Of a stretch of DNA of 64,000 nucleotides, positions 38,762 through 50,123 are shown in pieces. The notes below the pieces were generated by a model. It was not told the origin of the DNA, searched no databases, and saw only the letters and a program-made list of their open reading frames with translations. Each line of letters starts with the position of its first letter. Position 1 is the first letter of the stretch. This stretch comes from Azolla caroliniana. Taxonomy: Eukaryota; Plantae; Polypodiophyta. A program made the position numbers and the translations under genes. The stretch is taken from NCBI GenBank assembly GCA_043228905.1, contig JBHGNT010000004.1, forward strand, positions 2,914,001 through 2,978,000, written 5' to 3'.

Positions 38762-39561
38762 TGTCGAGATATTACGCAAGTGCGTGTGGAATAGAGGCGG
38801 GACCGCGGGGGTCTCGAACCAAAGAGCAAGCGAGGGAGGAGAAAGAGAGAGAACCGGCTACGCAGGACCGGGGATACACAGGGACACGGCCCTTCAGCAC
38901 GGAGAACGCGAACAGACACCGACACAGACGGATGCGAATGACTAAATATGTGTATTAACAAAATGGCTAACACGACTACAACCCCCGATGGGGCACAGGT
39001 TGGTTGCAACCGAACAGGCCGGCGAACAGATGCCGATGCCTGTTCGCTTCGACGCACAAACGGGGAAATGGGGGGGGGGTAGCAGGTCGGAGGTGCTGCC
39101 GGAAGCACTCGGGCGTTCCTCGAAACAGCGCGAGCCTCCCCGGAACCCTGCACAGAAAGCTTTGGAGCTCAAGAAGGAAGGAAACAGAGAGAGCGAAGCG
39201 TCCAGAAACGGTCCGACAGCACTTCGTCCTCTCCGCGCCAGATCCCTGCAACAGCTCTTTCCCGCTCCTTATATAGGCCGACGAACAGGCCGTCGTGTCA
39301 GCTTTATTCCCTGTCCCTTTTGGACAGGGATCCGCTCCGTTTTTCACGGATCCGCGTAGTTACGCCGCCGACTCGTACAGTTCGCGCGCGCGACCGAAAA
39401 GACTGTTCGCGCGGTCTTTGTCTCCACTTGAGTTAGGGCCCGTTCCTGCCGATTATCCTCTCAATTCGTTTCTATGTACAACTCGGAGCGTGCGCGCGTG
39501 AAGAACCGGTTCCCACGCCTTGGTGCGCCGATTCCGCCTATAGACGGTTTTCTTCACGACA
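38762..39561 (-). repeat. 5' LTR of element B
   Basis: 800-bp copy; TATATAAG TATA-like box on the minus strand near 39268-39276. Confidence 0.95.
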
Positions 39562-40524
39562 ACGGGAACAAGTCCGGGCCGCGTGTCAAAAAGAATGGGA
39601 GAAAGCTACCGAAGAGCTCACCAAGCATTACAAGCAGTCTATCCAGCTCGTAACCGCGGACGCAAAGAACACTCTAGCCACCTATGAACTACTCACAAAG
39701 AAGCTTTAGGCCGAGGTCAACAGCTTAAAAGAGGAATTGGCAGTCGTCCGAGCACAGCCCGGCATGGATGAGACATGCATCAGAATACTGATCGAGAAAC
39801 AGTGCCAACACCTCACCAAAAAGGTCGAGGAAACATTAAGTTGCGCAGGAGAGGAATGGGCAGCCCAAGCTGCCGAATTGCATATTTTACGCGCCGACGC
39901 CGAGAACCGACGGAAGGAGGGCCGCGGCTTTTACAAAATGGACGAAGCCAGCATACAAAACCTTCGTTCAGATTTAACCGAGGATTACCAGTCCTTGGCA
40001 AAATCTCACATCGCGGCAATCAAGCAAATACTAGAGGACTTCAATGACGATCAGATGTTGTTTTGCCTAGAAGCAGAAGCCTTCGAACGAGAACGACTCG
40101 TAGCCATCCCGACCAGCCCTCCAACGGCCACAGAGCAGAAGGAAGAACCTCCCAGCGAGGAGATCACAGACATGGCACAGGAGGAACTCGCCCCGGCCAA
40201 CAGACCTCCCGAGGACGCCCACACAGTACCAGATCCAGTCAAAGTAGAGGGCAGCGCCCTCGAACCCACACCACCACCAGAAGAATCAGTCGCACCTGAG
40301 ACGGACGCCCGAGAGGATATGACACCCCCGGACCAAACTCAACCCCCCGCACCGACAATCCAACCAGACCACCCTGCCACCACCCCGGACCTCGAAAACA
40401 TCCTCGACATCTTAGAAGAGGAACGAAAGGAGGATCACGCCTAAAAGGCAATTTTTGTAATGTTGTTAGTATTTTGTAAGTCGTCGGTCCGACGGACAAG
40501 GTCCTATCCCACGGGCGTGCCAGG

Positions 40525-41010
40525 TGTTGTCCAAAGGACAGAAATGTAAAAATTAGGAAATTAGCAAACGGCGGTAGTGTAACCGAGTAGGAAAGAACGC
40601 CAACGAGCGCCGAGTCAGAGTATTACGGGCTCGGCTGTGTATTAGGGGAAACGTTATTTAAACAAGGTCGAGCACCTCAGAGAGAGAGAGAAAAAATATA
40701 GGCGGAAGCACTAGCTTAGTCGATCGTAACTAGATAATCCTGTAATGGCACCGGCCGTAGGCCGTGTTCTGTAATCCTTTTGGTGTTGTAGTAATATATC
40801 TGATTTGTGCCCATTTTGCTCCATGTATCTGTGCTTTGGCTCATACTTATGATTTCAGCGCCGCCCACGCTTAACAAGATCTCGCTAGTGTTTTATCTCT
40901 GATCGTTTTCTCCCTCACGACGCCTCTATTATGAGCCTTCACATACCACGCCCTTGGATACCGATAGCCGCAGGTCTATCGAAGGTGTTCACCCAAAGGA
41001 ACGGGTAACA
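40525..41010 (+). repeat. 3' LTR of element A
   Basis: TGTTGTCC...GGGTAACA followed by the TSD GATAG. Confidence 0.95.
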
Positions 41011-42465
41011 GATAGGTCAAGAAAACCAAATAGAAACAAGGCATGACATTAGTTGGTTCTAAAACTAGTGCATCTATCCATTTCTCGTGGAACATATTTT
41101 TGTTTCCCTTGACATTCATCTAAGCAAACATCAATGGGTTTTAGTTTCACATTATGTTGCACACATTAATAATGCATCACACAATGAAATATAATAAAAC
41201 TTTTGTTGGAAAATTTTAGATTCTGATAGTTTGGTGTTCGACAAGCACATGCGTAAGAGATAGAGCTTTGCTCTCATTCAACTTGCTCACAATTAGGGAA
41301 GATGAAGTTTGGTGTTTGTATGCCAATATTGTGGTGCACTCATTGCTCAAACAATCCCAAACAAAATTGAGACAGTTCCATCAGCTAGTCCCAACGACTA
41401 GCTACCAATAGTTGCCCCAACGTCTAGATATGACCCTATATAAAGAAATGGTGTGGAGGATCATTCCTCATTCTCAAATTCCCATATTCCCATATTTTGC
41501 TCCAAGGAATGTGGTGGTGTTCTCTTCCTCAATCAATTTTGGAGTTGTCCCGACTCGTCCCCATTCATCCCAACTTAACTCAATTTTTGGTTATGTCCCA
41601 ATTTTGGGACTGTTGTAATATTTTTAGTGAACATAATATAAGAGCATTTGAGTCCTATACTTGTTTCCATTCACATGTCCTTGTGTAATCTTGATTTTGG
41701 GACGTAACATATACGTTGTAAGTGAATGTGCGTTCCAATTACATCTTGTGGTAAATTATATGCACAAAGGTAGTTATTTGTATCCCCTTGCTCAAAGTGA
41801 TTTTGAGCATAATTTGTATATCATATATAGTAAATGAAGCATAACCAAATACAATGAATGCAATAATAAATATTTTTACCTTGGCAAATAGAAACCCAAA
41901 AACTTTATAACTCCATAGCAACAATGCCAAAATGAAAGCCCTTTTGTTGACTGAATTACAAAATACCCCTTCCATTTCTTGACCTTTCCTTAGGATTCTC
42001 CAAATCTTTCCTTCTATTTCCCTAACTACAATTCAAAAAGGAATTGTGTGGATAAGCAAGGGGTCAATGTTAAGGTATAGGAAACAATGATTTGGATGAG
42101 TATGTAGTCTACCTAGGAATCTAATCACGCAACATCAACAACAACAAAATGTTGTTCACATCAAATTTCATGTTTGCCACATCATCCAAAACACTTTACT
42201 TGTCGTAAGATGGCAACCCAATCAAGAACAAAGAGTTGGACAAAATAGGGCACATATTCCCTAGATTAGGTAAGGTTTCACAGCTTCAATTTCCAACCTA
42301 ATGTGTGTCTCACAATAAGATCAAGCCTACAACATGTAAATTAGTAGTTATGTTGGGGTGGTGCAAGAAGGGGCAATGCAATTTGCGTAAGGTAACAAGC
42401 TAGAGTTTGATACATGAAGCTACATTAGTTAATCAAGGGAAATTGATACATTTACAAAATATATA

Positions 42466-45281
42466 TCACAAAAGAGAAGCATGCACCTCTTCACTATCGG
42501 TAGAAAATGCAATTACATCCATTAGATCATCAAGATGAGTTGTTATTACGCTATCAAAGCACTGCAAATTCTTAGAAGAAGTTTTTAGTGACCAAACACT
42601 AGCCTTCTTATGTATCCTCTCAGACATATCAAAAGTTTCATCATCAGAATTTACTGATTCAACAAGTAAATCGTGATCCCGGATGGTATTTGGCCTTCTA
42701 TCCACATGATCTGAGATCATATATTTTTCCCACTTTGAGACAACTTGTGCTTCTTTTGGATTTTCTATATTTGCTTGGTTTACCATCATCTCCTCGGAGT
42801 CCAAAAAAGCTGCCCATTTCGAAATTGGTTTCTCCATCACATTACGCTTTGGCCTTGGAGACTCTAATGCTGAATTCCTCTCCATTTTAACCTCTTCAAG
42901 ATGATTTTCACTTGGCCAGATCTTAGCTTGTAGAATTTGCACATCATCATTTCTTTGCATCTTCGAGTATAATGTTTTTTTATTCATTCCAAACTGAGAA
43001 CAGTTCTCCTTGTAAATTTCTGACTTGTTCCTTGTTAATTTATGAGAATTTTGGGCCCTGAATTTATTAGGAGACTTTTCATTCATGTTTTTCCGTTTGA
43101 GGTTTTTTGCGTCTGGAAAGATCGTTACAAACTTGGCATTCTTTGCATCAGGAAACAAACTCATGAATTTCTTGTTATACTCTGATGCATTTTCTGATAC
43201 CTCAGGCATTTCATTTCCCTGCAAGCATTTTCCAAGAAAATAACTTATTAGAACAATGCCACTGGTATATTTTTCGTGAATATATGTTCTGAAGTATTCC
43301 AAGGATCTGAAAACATTCTGGTTTGAGGACTGCTAAATGATTTTTCCTTTTCTTTTAGTAATGCTTTATATCACTGGTAGGAAACATAAAGTCGAGGTGA
43401 AAACTCACAAAAAAATACTAATATACAAAACTATGCTTGAAAGAAGTGAAAGAAAATTTGAAATTCGTCAATTGCAATATCATCAAGCAGAGATGATCAT
43501 ACAATGAAGAAACAGAATTCATGGAAAACAGGTTAATGGAAAATTGTGTTGTTGCATGATATCCATGGTGTCCATAATCCTCAAAAACCTACCCAATTTA
43601 AAAATTGGATGTACTGCAAGGAAGCCCTGGAAATGAGGCCAAATATCCAAAAATACTTACCAAAATGGATTCTTTGGAAATAATGGCAATCCCACAACAA
43701 GTGGTTAACAGACTCTGAACCAAGTTTGCATCATTGTCTAAATCATTATTTCACAAAGGCTATCAACAGCAGGTTTCCTAAGGATCTGAAACCCTCATGT
43801 CATCTAGAATTCTGATACAATTTGTTTTCTATGAGCTATGAGGCTGAAGGGAAGTGCCTCCAAAATTATTCTTTGATGGAGACTTTCCCAATTATCTGAA
43901 AACCTATCATAGATTCTACTGCAAATATCTGTCTGTGTTAGGGATGCAGCTCATCCAAGTTCTAACTAAAGACTTTTATTAAAGTATCTAAACAGTTTAT
44001 AGCTTCCCATGCAAATTTCCCCTGTCAGGCTTGCATTGGGGTGTGTAACGAAGGTTTCAAAATTACTCACAAAAGGTTCCACAAGGATCTGAAATTCTAA
44101 TATTCTCTGAGTCCCTCCATCACTTAGAGTCTGAATATTTGGCTGCAACAGCACAACTGAAATCAAGATAATGATGATGATTAATCATGATCACAGACTC
44201 AAAGAGAAACCAGATGAATCAAGTAATTGTGTTCCCTGGTGTAAGTCTCTGCATTTAGCTATGTATGTAATGGAACTCCAAAATTATTCTGTCACTAGGA
44301 CTTTCAACAAAACAGAGAAATCCCAATAATCTAAGTTCTCTTCATTTTCTCTATTAGAAAGTGGCAAAACTAAAATCCAGATTAATTCAAATATGAAATG
44401 GGAAACTGAGTCAAATAATTGTTTCTCTGATTAAAATGGAACTCCTTAAAATTCTTAATTTTCTAGGCTTTAGACACTTAGAAACAGTAGCAACAAAACA
44501 GGAAAGAAGACCAAAAAACGATATTTGTGAGGTATATCGAACCTCCGGAGTCAAGAATTCTTCCCATTTGCTTTTATTCCTTGCAGATTTTGAGCTTTCC
44601 AACCCATCACACGAGATATTTCTCTGTTAATTTAATTATCCTCACAATCAGAAGCAGAAGCAAAACGGAAATCGAGATGAGCAAAAAGACCACAAAATAT
44701 CAAACCTGAGGTGTCATGTATCCATTCCATCTGCTCTCTTTCCTCCCAGGATCACGTTCAGATGAGATATTTCTCTGCACATTCAAGCATCTTAATTGAT
44801 CTTTACCATACCAATCTGTGGACGGTACTTCTACGAGTGCTGAAACTTCTTCTCCTCCTCCTCCTTCTCGTACCTCTGTGTAAGCGTGAGAGTGGTTGTC
44901 CATGGAAGATTGATCCTTTATAGAAGTGCTGTGACGGGAGAGGTTGAATTCTTGAACGAAGATCCGGACATCCTTTGCGGCAGTGGAGGAAGCGAAGACA
45001 TTTCGGACAGACTGTTTCTCATTGCAAACGGCGCAGATCCACTTGTTGCTGGATTTCTTCTCATGTTTCACCTGAGAGAGAGACAGAGAGACAGAGATAA
45101 CGACTCAGGTATTATCACCTATTAGTATTTCACAAGATTCTACCAAAATTCTTACCACAATTTACAAAGCTGCAAGCAAATCAACCATACCAGAGAAACT
45201 GCATACAAAAGAAGAAGAAGACGAAGACGAAGAATTACCTGCATCATGGAGCATTTGTAACACTGCAGAGCGAGGAAGCTC

Positions 45282-45286
<5 letters not shown>
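42466..45286 (-). CDS. MRNIP: MRN complex-interacting protein-like (MRNIP family)
   Basis: Exons 45286-45239, 45071-44706, 44623-44543 and 43218-42466 (GT-AG, in frame). N-terminus MPSFLALQCYKCSMMQ|VKHEKKSSNKWICAVCNEKQSV...AKDVRIFVQEFN matches the family zinc ribbon. The 3' exon structure is less certain. Confidence 0.8.

Positions 45287-45329
<43 letters not shown>
45286..45329. repeat. (CT)n microsatellite abutting the MRNIP start codon
   Basis: (GA)n on the minus strand runs directly into the ATG; a (GT)n run lies at ~45458-45484. Confidence 0.9.
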
Positions 45330-45334
<5 letters not shown>

Positions 45335-46932
45335 TCAAATTTCAAATTCAAAATACATGGTCTGTCTGAGCTTCTGTTGCCGAAAACCAACATTGTGACT
45401 TTATAATGGATTTGGCTACAACAATAGCATTATGTTACATGTATTAATTACTTGAAGGTGTGTGTGTGTGTGTGTGTGTGTGTGGATTAACCCCACAATT
45501 GTTTATATGACTGATGAGGTGATTAGATCACATCAAAGTTTTATGATATGTTTAGATGTATGTATTGTGCACAATCCCCTTCCTTAATGAACTGGACGTG
45601 GAATTGATTAAGGATGAAGTGCACTCGGTTTTAACACATCTTCCTAGTGGTACAAGCCCTAGACTAGACACATCACCTAACAAATGTAGTTTACAAATTG
45701 GGTGTCGAAGTTATTCACAAATGTCGCAACAACAACAAAAGTTTACTAAAGTATTTGAAGAAGTTAATACACTCAAGGGGCCTAGTTGCATAGGGGTCAA
45801 ATGTAGCCAAAAGTGGATAAAAGGCGATCGAATGGGGATCCATAATGCCAAGCTCAATCCCGTCGATCACCCATGTTTCTTTAGTTCAATATTGATCTCC
45901 ACACTTTTGAAAAGAATGCCTTCTAAGCTCCCAAGCATTTGTCAATTGCGTACATGGTCACTATTCACACTCCACAAATTCATAGAAAAGGATTTTATTA
46001 TCTTATATACTAAACACATGCAGCAAACAAAAGAATGTTTCAAACCCAAGCATGATCACCATTATGGAGAAAAATATTTGTTTCACTAGGAAATTGGCAA
46101 GGCACAATTCCTGGGAACAAGAAAATGGGTTCTTTAACGACACGCAGAAACATCTGATGTTGCATTATAACCACATTCTACCTACCAAACCATCTAATGC
46201 CAGCACTGAGAAATTGAGATAATTTATATTTCACATGAAAATGCATATTTGCAATTGATGATGATTAGCATTCCATGTTATTGTAGCTATTACAAGCCTC
46301 CAAGAGCATACAGCACAAAAGATTAACTATGAAAGAAACCACATTGGTTTGATTATAACTCATATACAATTAAAACCATATTCAAAATAAAACAGCATTT
46401 TCCAATTCACGAGAAAGGGAAGGAATTTGTATCTAACCCTACCCAATGGGAAGAAAGTTTACTATATTGATTTACAAGATGAAAGATAATTCAAACATGA
46501 CATAAAATACAGTCACAAGCATACCATAAAATCGCTAGTTAAAAAGAGTCATATAAATGACCAGAGGTCAAATTAACAAAGAAAAACTTGATCACAACCA
46601 TTAGATAATCAGGGCTAAACATCAGCAGAATTTGAGTATGCACTGCAAAAGAGCTACAAGAACACTTTTAATTTTAGAACTGGAAAACTACAACCCAATT
46701 TTACTGTTTACAAAGCTTTACTGTACACGTCAAAGTTCAGATCTTAATAGAACAAATAGCAAATCAAGACGGAAAAGAGATCAAAGTGGAAGGAACCTAA
46801 AGATAACCAAAACTATCTTCATGGATGTATCTTCCAGAATTAAATGTTAATTCAATTTTAGTTGGAAACACAACTCATATTCAGAGACTTTTGTCAGATC
46901 TGTATACATCCAACCAATGCCTTTCGCTGAAG

Positions 46933-49014
46933 TTAGCGTCGATAAGGCGAGTATTGCGGAGACCTATCACGCCCATAATGACCCCTGTGTGAATATCTAG
47001 GTGATCGTTCACGACTATATTCCCAATCACACTCTCTACTAGCTCGATATGGAGAATATCGAGGGGAATGCCTATATCTATCACGATCATCACTGCGTCC
47101 GTAACTTCTTGTGTTGCCACGCAAAGCAGCTGCAGAACAAGTAAAAAATGATTTCAAGGATAGCATAGAGACCAGCAAACATTACTCAGGATGATTGCAA
47201 TTCAAATGGATCACCAGCCTTACATGGCCACAATTGCTACCTTTGAAATACCCCTACCTTGTTGCCATGTTGGGTATTTTTATCGCATTACCACGAAGTT
47301 TCCAAAATCTTACATTAAGTCCCCTTACTACAACCAAAACATTACAGCATAGAGATCCTATATTTCTTTGAAAAAGCTAACATGCCAAAACGCATTGATC
47401 TTTGTTAATGTTCCGTTGTTTCAAAAGAGCAGAGCAAGTTGTTATAATATATGAACTTGACACTTAAACTATATACAATGCAGATGAACCACGAGAAGGT
47501 ACACCACACATACCTCGTGCACCAAGATAAGCTCCAGGAGTAGGTGTTCTTGCTCTCTTTCTTTTAGCCTGTGTCATGAACCACAGTTAGCAACCTTACG
47601 TGTTAAGAATGGGAGAACGGGTTTGGTTTGATACAAAGTGATTAATAAGCGATACTATAATTATCAGGCATTACTAGATAAAAGTTCATACTAAGAAACA
47701 GGCCATCTCTAGTGCATGCCTGGGATATTCACTGTGGGTCACTATTGCATCTAGCTTAATTAACTAGTGATCTGTAGCACTCTTACCAACTATTCATTGT
47801 TCGCAACGCAAAATTTGCATTCGATAAAGGCACTCTTAAAAGAGAGAAAAGAGGAAAGATGACTTGAATTTCAGAAGTTAAGGCTGTTGCCGAATTTGGT
47901 TCAGCAATCCTTCTTAATGGAAAGCTTAATCTCTACAAGTCTCAAGTTGATGTTGTTTGCTGATAGAGCTTAAATGCCGAAGCAGAGCCAAGCACTGATA
48001 CCCTCTAAATCAAAGGAGCTTGAGAGTGTGTATTTGTTAAGTGAAAGATTGCTCAGGCAGATTTTCTTGTTGGTGCCTTACGAACTGGTACAGATAAAAT
48101 ATATTTTGGGAGGGAATTTTGATGTTGTTGGAGGAGGACTTGAAGGCACTTTATTTTCTGAATGTGATCAAGCCGTTCCAAAGACACAGCAATAGGAATT
48201 AGCAAACTGAAGTGAGAAATTACAGCAGATACAATCAACACCTAATGCATGCCCAAGTAACCTTGCTTATTTCTGCACCACATAGCAAAGACTCGTGGTT
48301 ACCTTCTCTACAGTAATGATTCGTCCCTCCAAGGTAGATCGATTCAAGTACTTTATACATCTCTCTGCATCTTCAGTAGAGGCCATGGTTACAAAGCCAA
48401 AACCTCGAGACTCGTGAGTCCGAGGGTCAACAACCAATCGACACTCAGTGACCTGTAAAAATGGAACCTGAGTAAAGAATGCAATACAAAAAAAAAACCA
48501 TTCATGCACCAGTTTATGAGTTAAACCAATCTTCACCTTCCCTTCTCGAGTAAAATGATCTTCCAAGTCTCTCTCTGTTACCCTTGTTGAAAGGCCAGTG
48601 ACATACAAGTTGTTACCAGGATTATTAGCCTCGTCACTGGCCCCGTTCTCCCTGCCATTCTCCCTGAAGATACATCAATTACTACTCAGCCTCATCAATG
48701 CATTTTCTGAGTCTTATTATAAACTTCCTAGAAGTTCAATGAAAACCCTGAGGGTTGCAATTTGCCAGTAAACTTCAAAATCCTTTCGAAATGTTGACCA
48801 TCCCTTGTTCTTTTTTCTATTATAGTGATGATAAGTAATAGATGGGAATAAAATTTCCCATCTCCGACAATTTTCTATGCCATGTACCACAACAATACAC
48901 ATACAGAAAATGAGTCAAAATAACAGAGATTGATAATGACACCAAAACCAGAATTGGGCAGCCGTGAAAGAAATATATTCAACTAGAAACCAATAGCAAA
49001 GAGAAGTTTAATGA

Positions 49015-49057
<43 letters not shown>

Positions 49058-49535
49058 TGAACACTTCAAAATTAAGCAAACCTTAGCACAAAAGCTGAAA
49101 TTGGCCCATTCTTACCTCCTTGAGAATTTTTTGGCACGCATAAAAGTACAAACATCTACAAAGAAACTGAAGCGTAAAAGCAGAAATTTGTACTTGTTAA
49201 CTCGAGGATTACCTCCTTGCCGGGCTTCTCGACCTGTGTCTGGGAGGGCTCCTCGACTGCAAATACCTTGACACTCTCGGTGAAGGCGATTCAGAGTATC
49301 TGGGCCAAACTCAAAATTCAGTCATAACCGATGAAGGTAAAATTAAAAAACGTTCTTCACATGAATCTCAGCGCAGAAACGGGTCCTTACCTGCCGCGCC
49401 TAGGTGAATCTCCCTGCAGGAGGGGGAAAAAACAGTACGAGGAGTTTAGATCGGAGAGAAACAGAACAACAAGGAAACCCTGAAAAACACGGCGGATCGG
49501 AGAAGGAGAAGGAAAAGGAAAAGTGTTCTTACCAT
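46933..49535 (-). CDS. SR45a: Serine/arginine-rich splicing factor SR45a (Tra2-like RRM), 7 coding exons
   Basis: Exons 49535-49533 (ATG only), 49413-49391, 49299-49213, 48663-48537, 48452-48303, 47568-47514 and 47129-46933. Motifs NPGNNLYVTGLS, ESRGFGFVTM, AKRKRARTPTPG and RYSP repeats. Confidence 0.9.
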
Positions 49536-49590
49536 ATCTGGAAGAAGGGCGTTGTGAAGTAATCAGAGAGAAGGCTAAGGAACGAGACAA

Positions 49591-49613
49591 AACCCTAAAA
49601 CCTAAACCCTAAT
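49591..49613. promoter_or_regulatory. Telo-box cluster (AAACCCTA x2) at the 5' end of SR45a
   Basis: AAACCCTAAAACCTAAACCCTAAT ~60-80 bp upstream of the ATG. Confidence 0.5.
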
Positions 49614-49766
49614 CCGGGGCCTGGAACAAAGGAAAACGCAGAAGGAGCTAGAGAGAGAGAGAGACTGTGTGCTTTTTGGACAACAGCCGAGATTTCGTTT
49701 CACACTTGTCCGGACAAAAGCTCCCATTTTAATCATATCTTTGGTTTATGTATTTATACCCGAGTG

Positions 49767-50123
49767 CTCTTTTGAGTCTTCACAACACCCAAGCTTTTTG
49801 TTGTTCTCGTGTTTGTACACATAAGTCTATAACCTTGCGATCGCGCTAAATTCTTCTACCTCGGGTTCTCGGGTTTATACGTGTGCCCGCCATTAACATG
49901 TGAAACCATACGCTTCTTCTTCATTGTCTGATGCCGGTCATTTCACTCTTTTGAGTCTTCACAACACCCAAGCTTTTTGTTGTTCTCGTGTTTGTACATA
50001 TAAGTCTAAAACCTTGCAATCGCGCTAAATTCTTCTACCTCGGGTTCTCGGGTTTATACGTGTGCCCGCCATTAACATGTGAAACCATACGCTTCTTCTT
50101 CATTGTCTAATGCCAGTCATTTC
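49767..50123. repeat. Near-identical tandem duplication, 2 x 179 bp, in the SR45a upstream region
   Basis: CTCTTTTGAGTCTTCACAACACCC at 49767 and 49946; about five substitutions. Confidence 0.92.

Larger units (their letters stand above)
32232..39561 (-). mobile_element. Ty3/Gypsy LTR retrotransposon B, intact and recent, nested in element A
   Basis: LTRs 32232-33031 and 38762-39561 (800 bp, TG...CA, two mismatches seen: 32825/39355 and 32880/39410). TSD ACGG at 32228-32231 and 39562-39565. PBS, PPT and uninterrupted ORFs. Confidence 0.97.
30021..40444 (+). pseudogene. Extra 3' ORF of element A (~1030 codons; globular N-terminus, low-complexity middle, coiled coil), split by element B
   Basis: ORF pieces 30140-32231 and 39566-40444. 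Removing element B and one ACGG copy restores the frame ERIVER|EQVRAACQKEWE. Several CAG/CGA-derived stops. Confidence 0.75.
23633..41010 (+). mobile_element. Ty3/Gypsy LTR retrotransposon A (non-chromovirus, extra 3' ORF), full length, decayed, interrupted by element B
   Basis: LTRs 23633-24118 and 40525-41010 (486 bp, TG...CA, ~18 mismatches by eye). TSD GATAG at 23628-23632 and 41011-41015. Domain order gag-PR-RT-RH-INT; no chromodomain or second RNase H seen. Confidence 0.95.

Noticed and set aside
32195-39501. Numerous overlapping and antisense ORFs in element B and its LTRs
   Set aside because: Expected from GC-rich sequence with few stops; duplicated ORFs simply reflect the two LTRs.
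32227-39566. 5-bp TSD for element B
   Set aside because: AACGG versus ACGGG do not match; only the 4-bp ACGG matches and restores the host frame.
45556-46089. 177-aa ORF between MRNIP and SR45a
   Set aside because: Only the first ~35 aa resemble an L1 pre-RT motif (EV..L..LP.G.SP..D); the rest is unrecognisable, so it was not called a gene.
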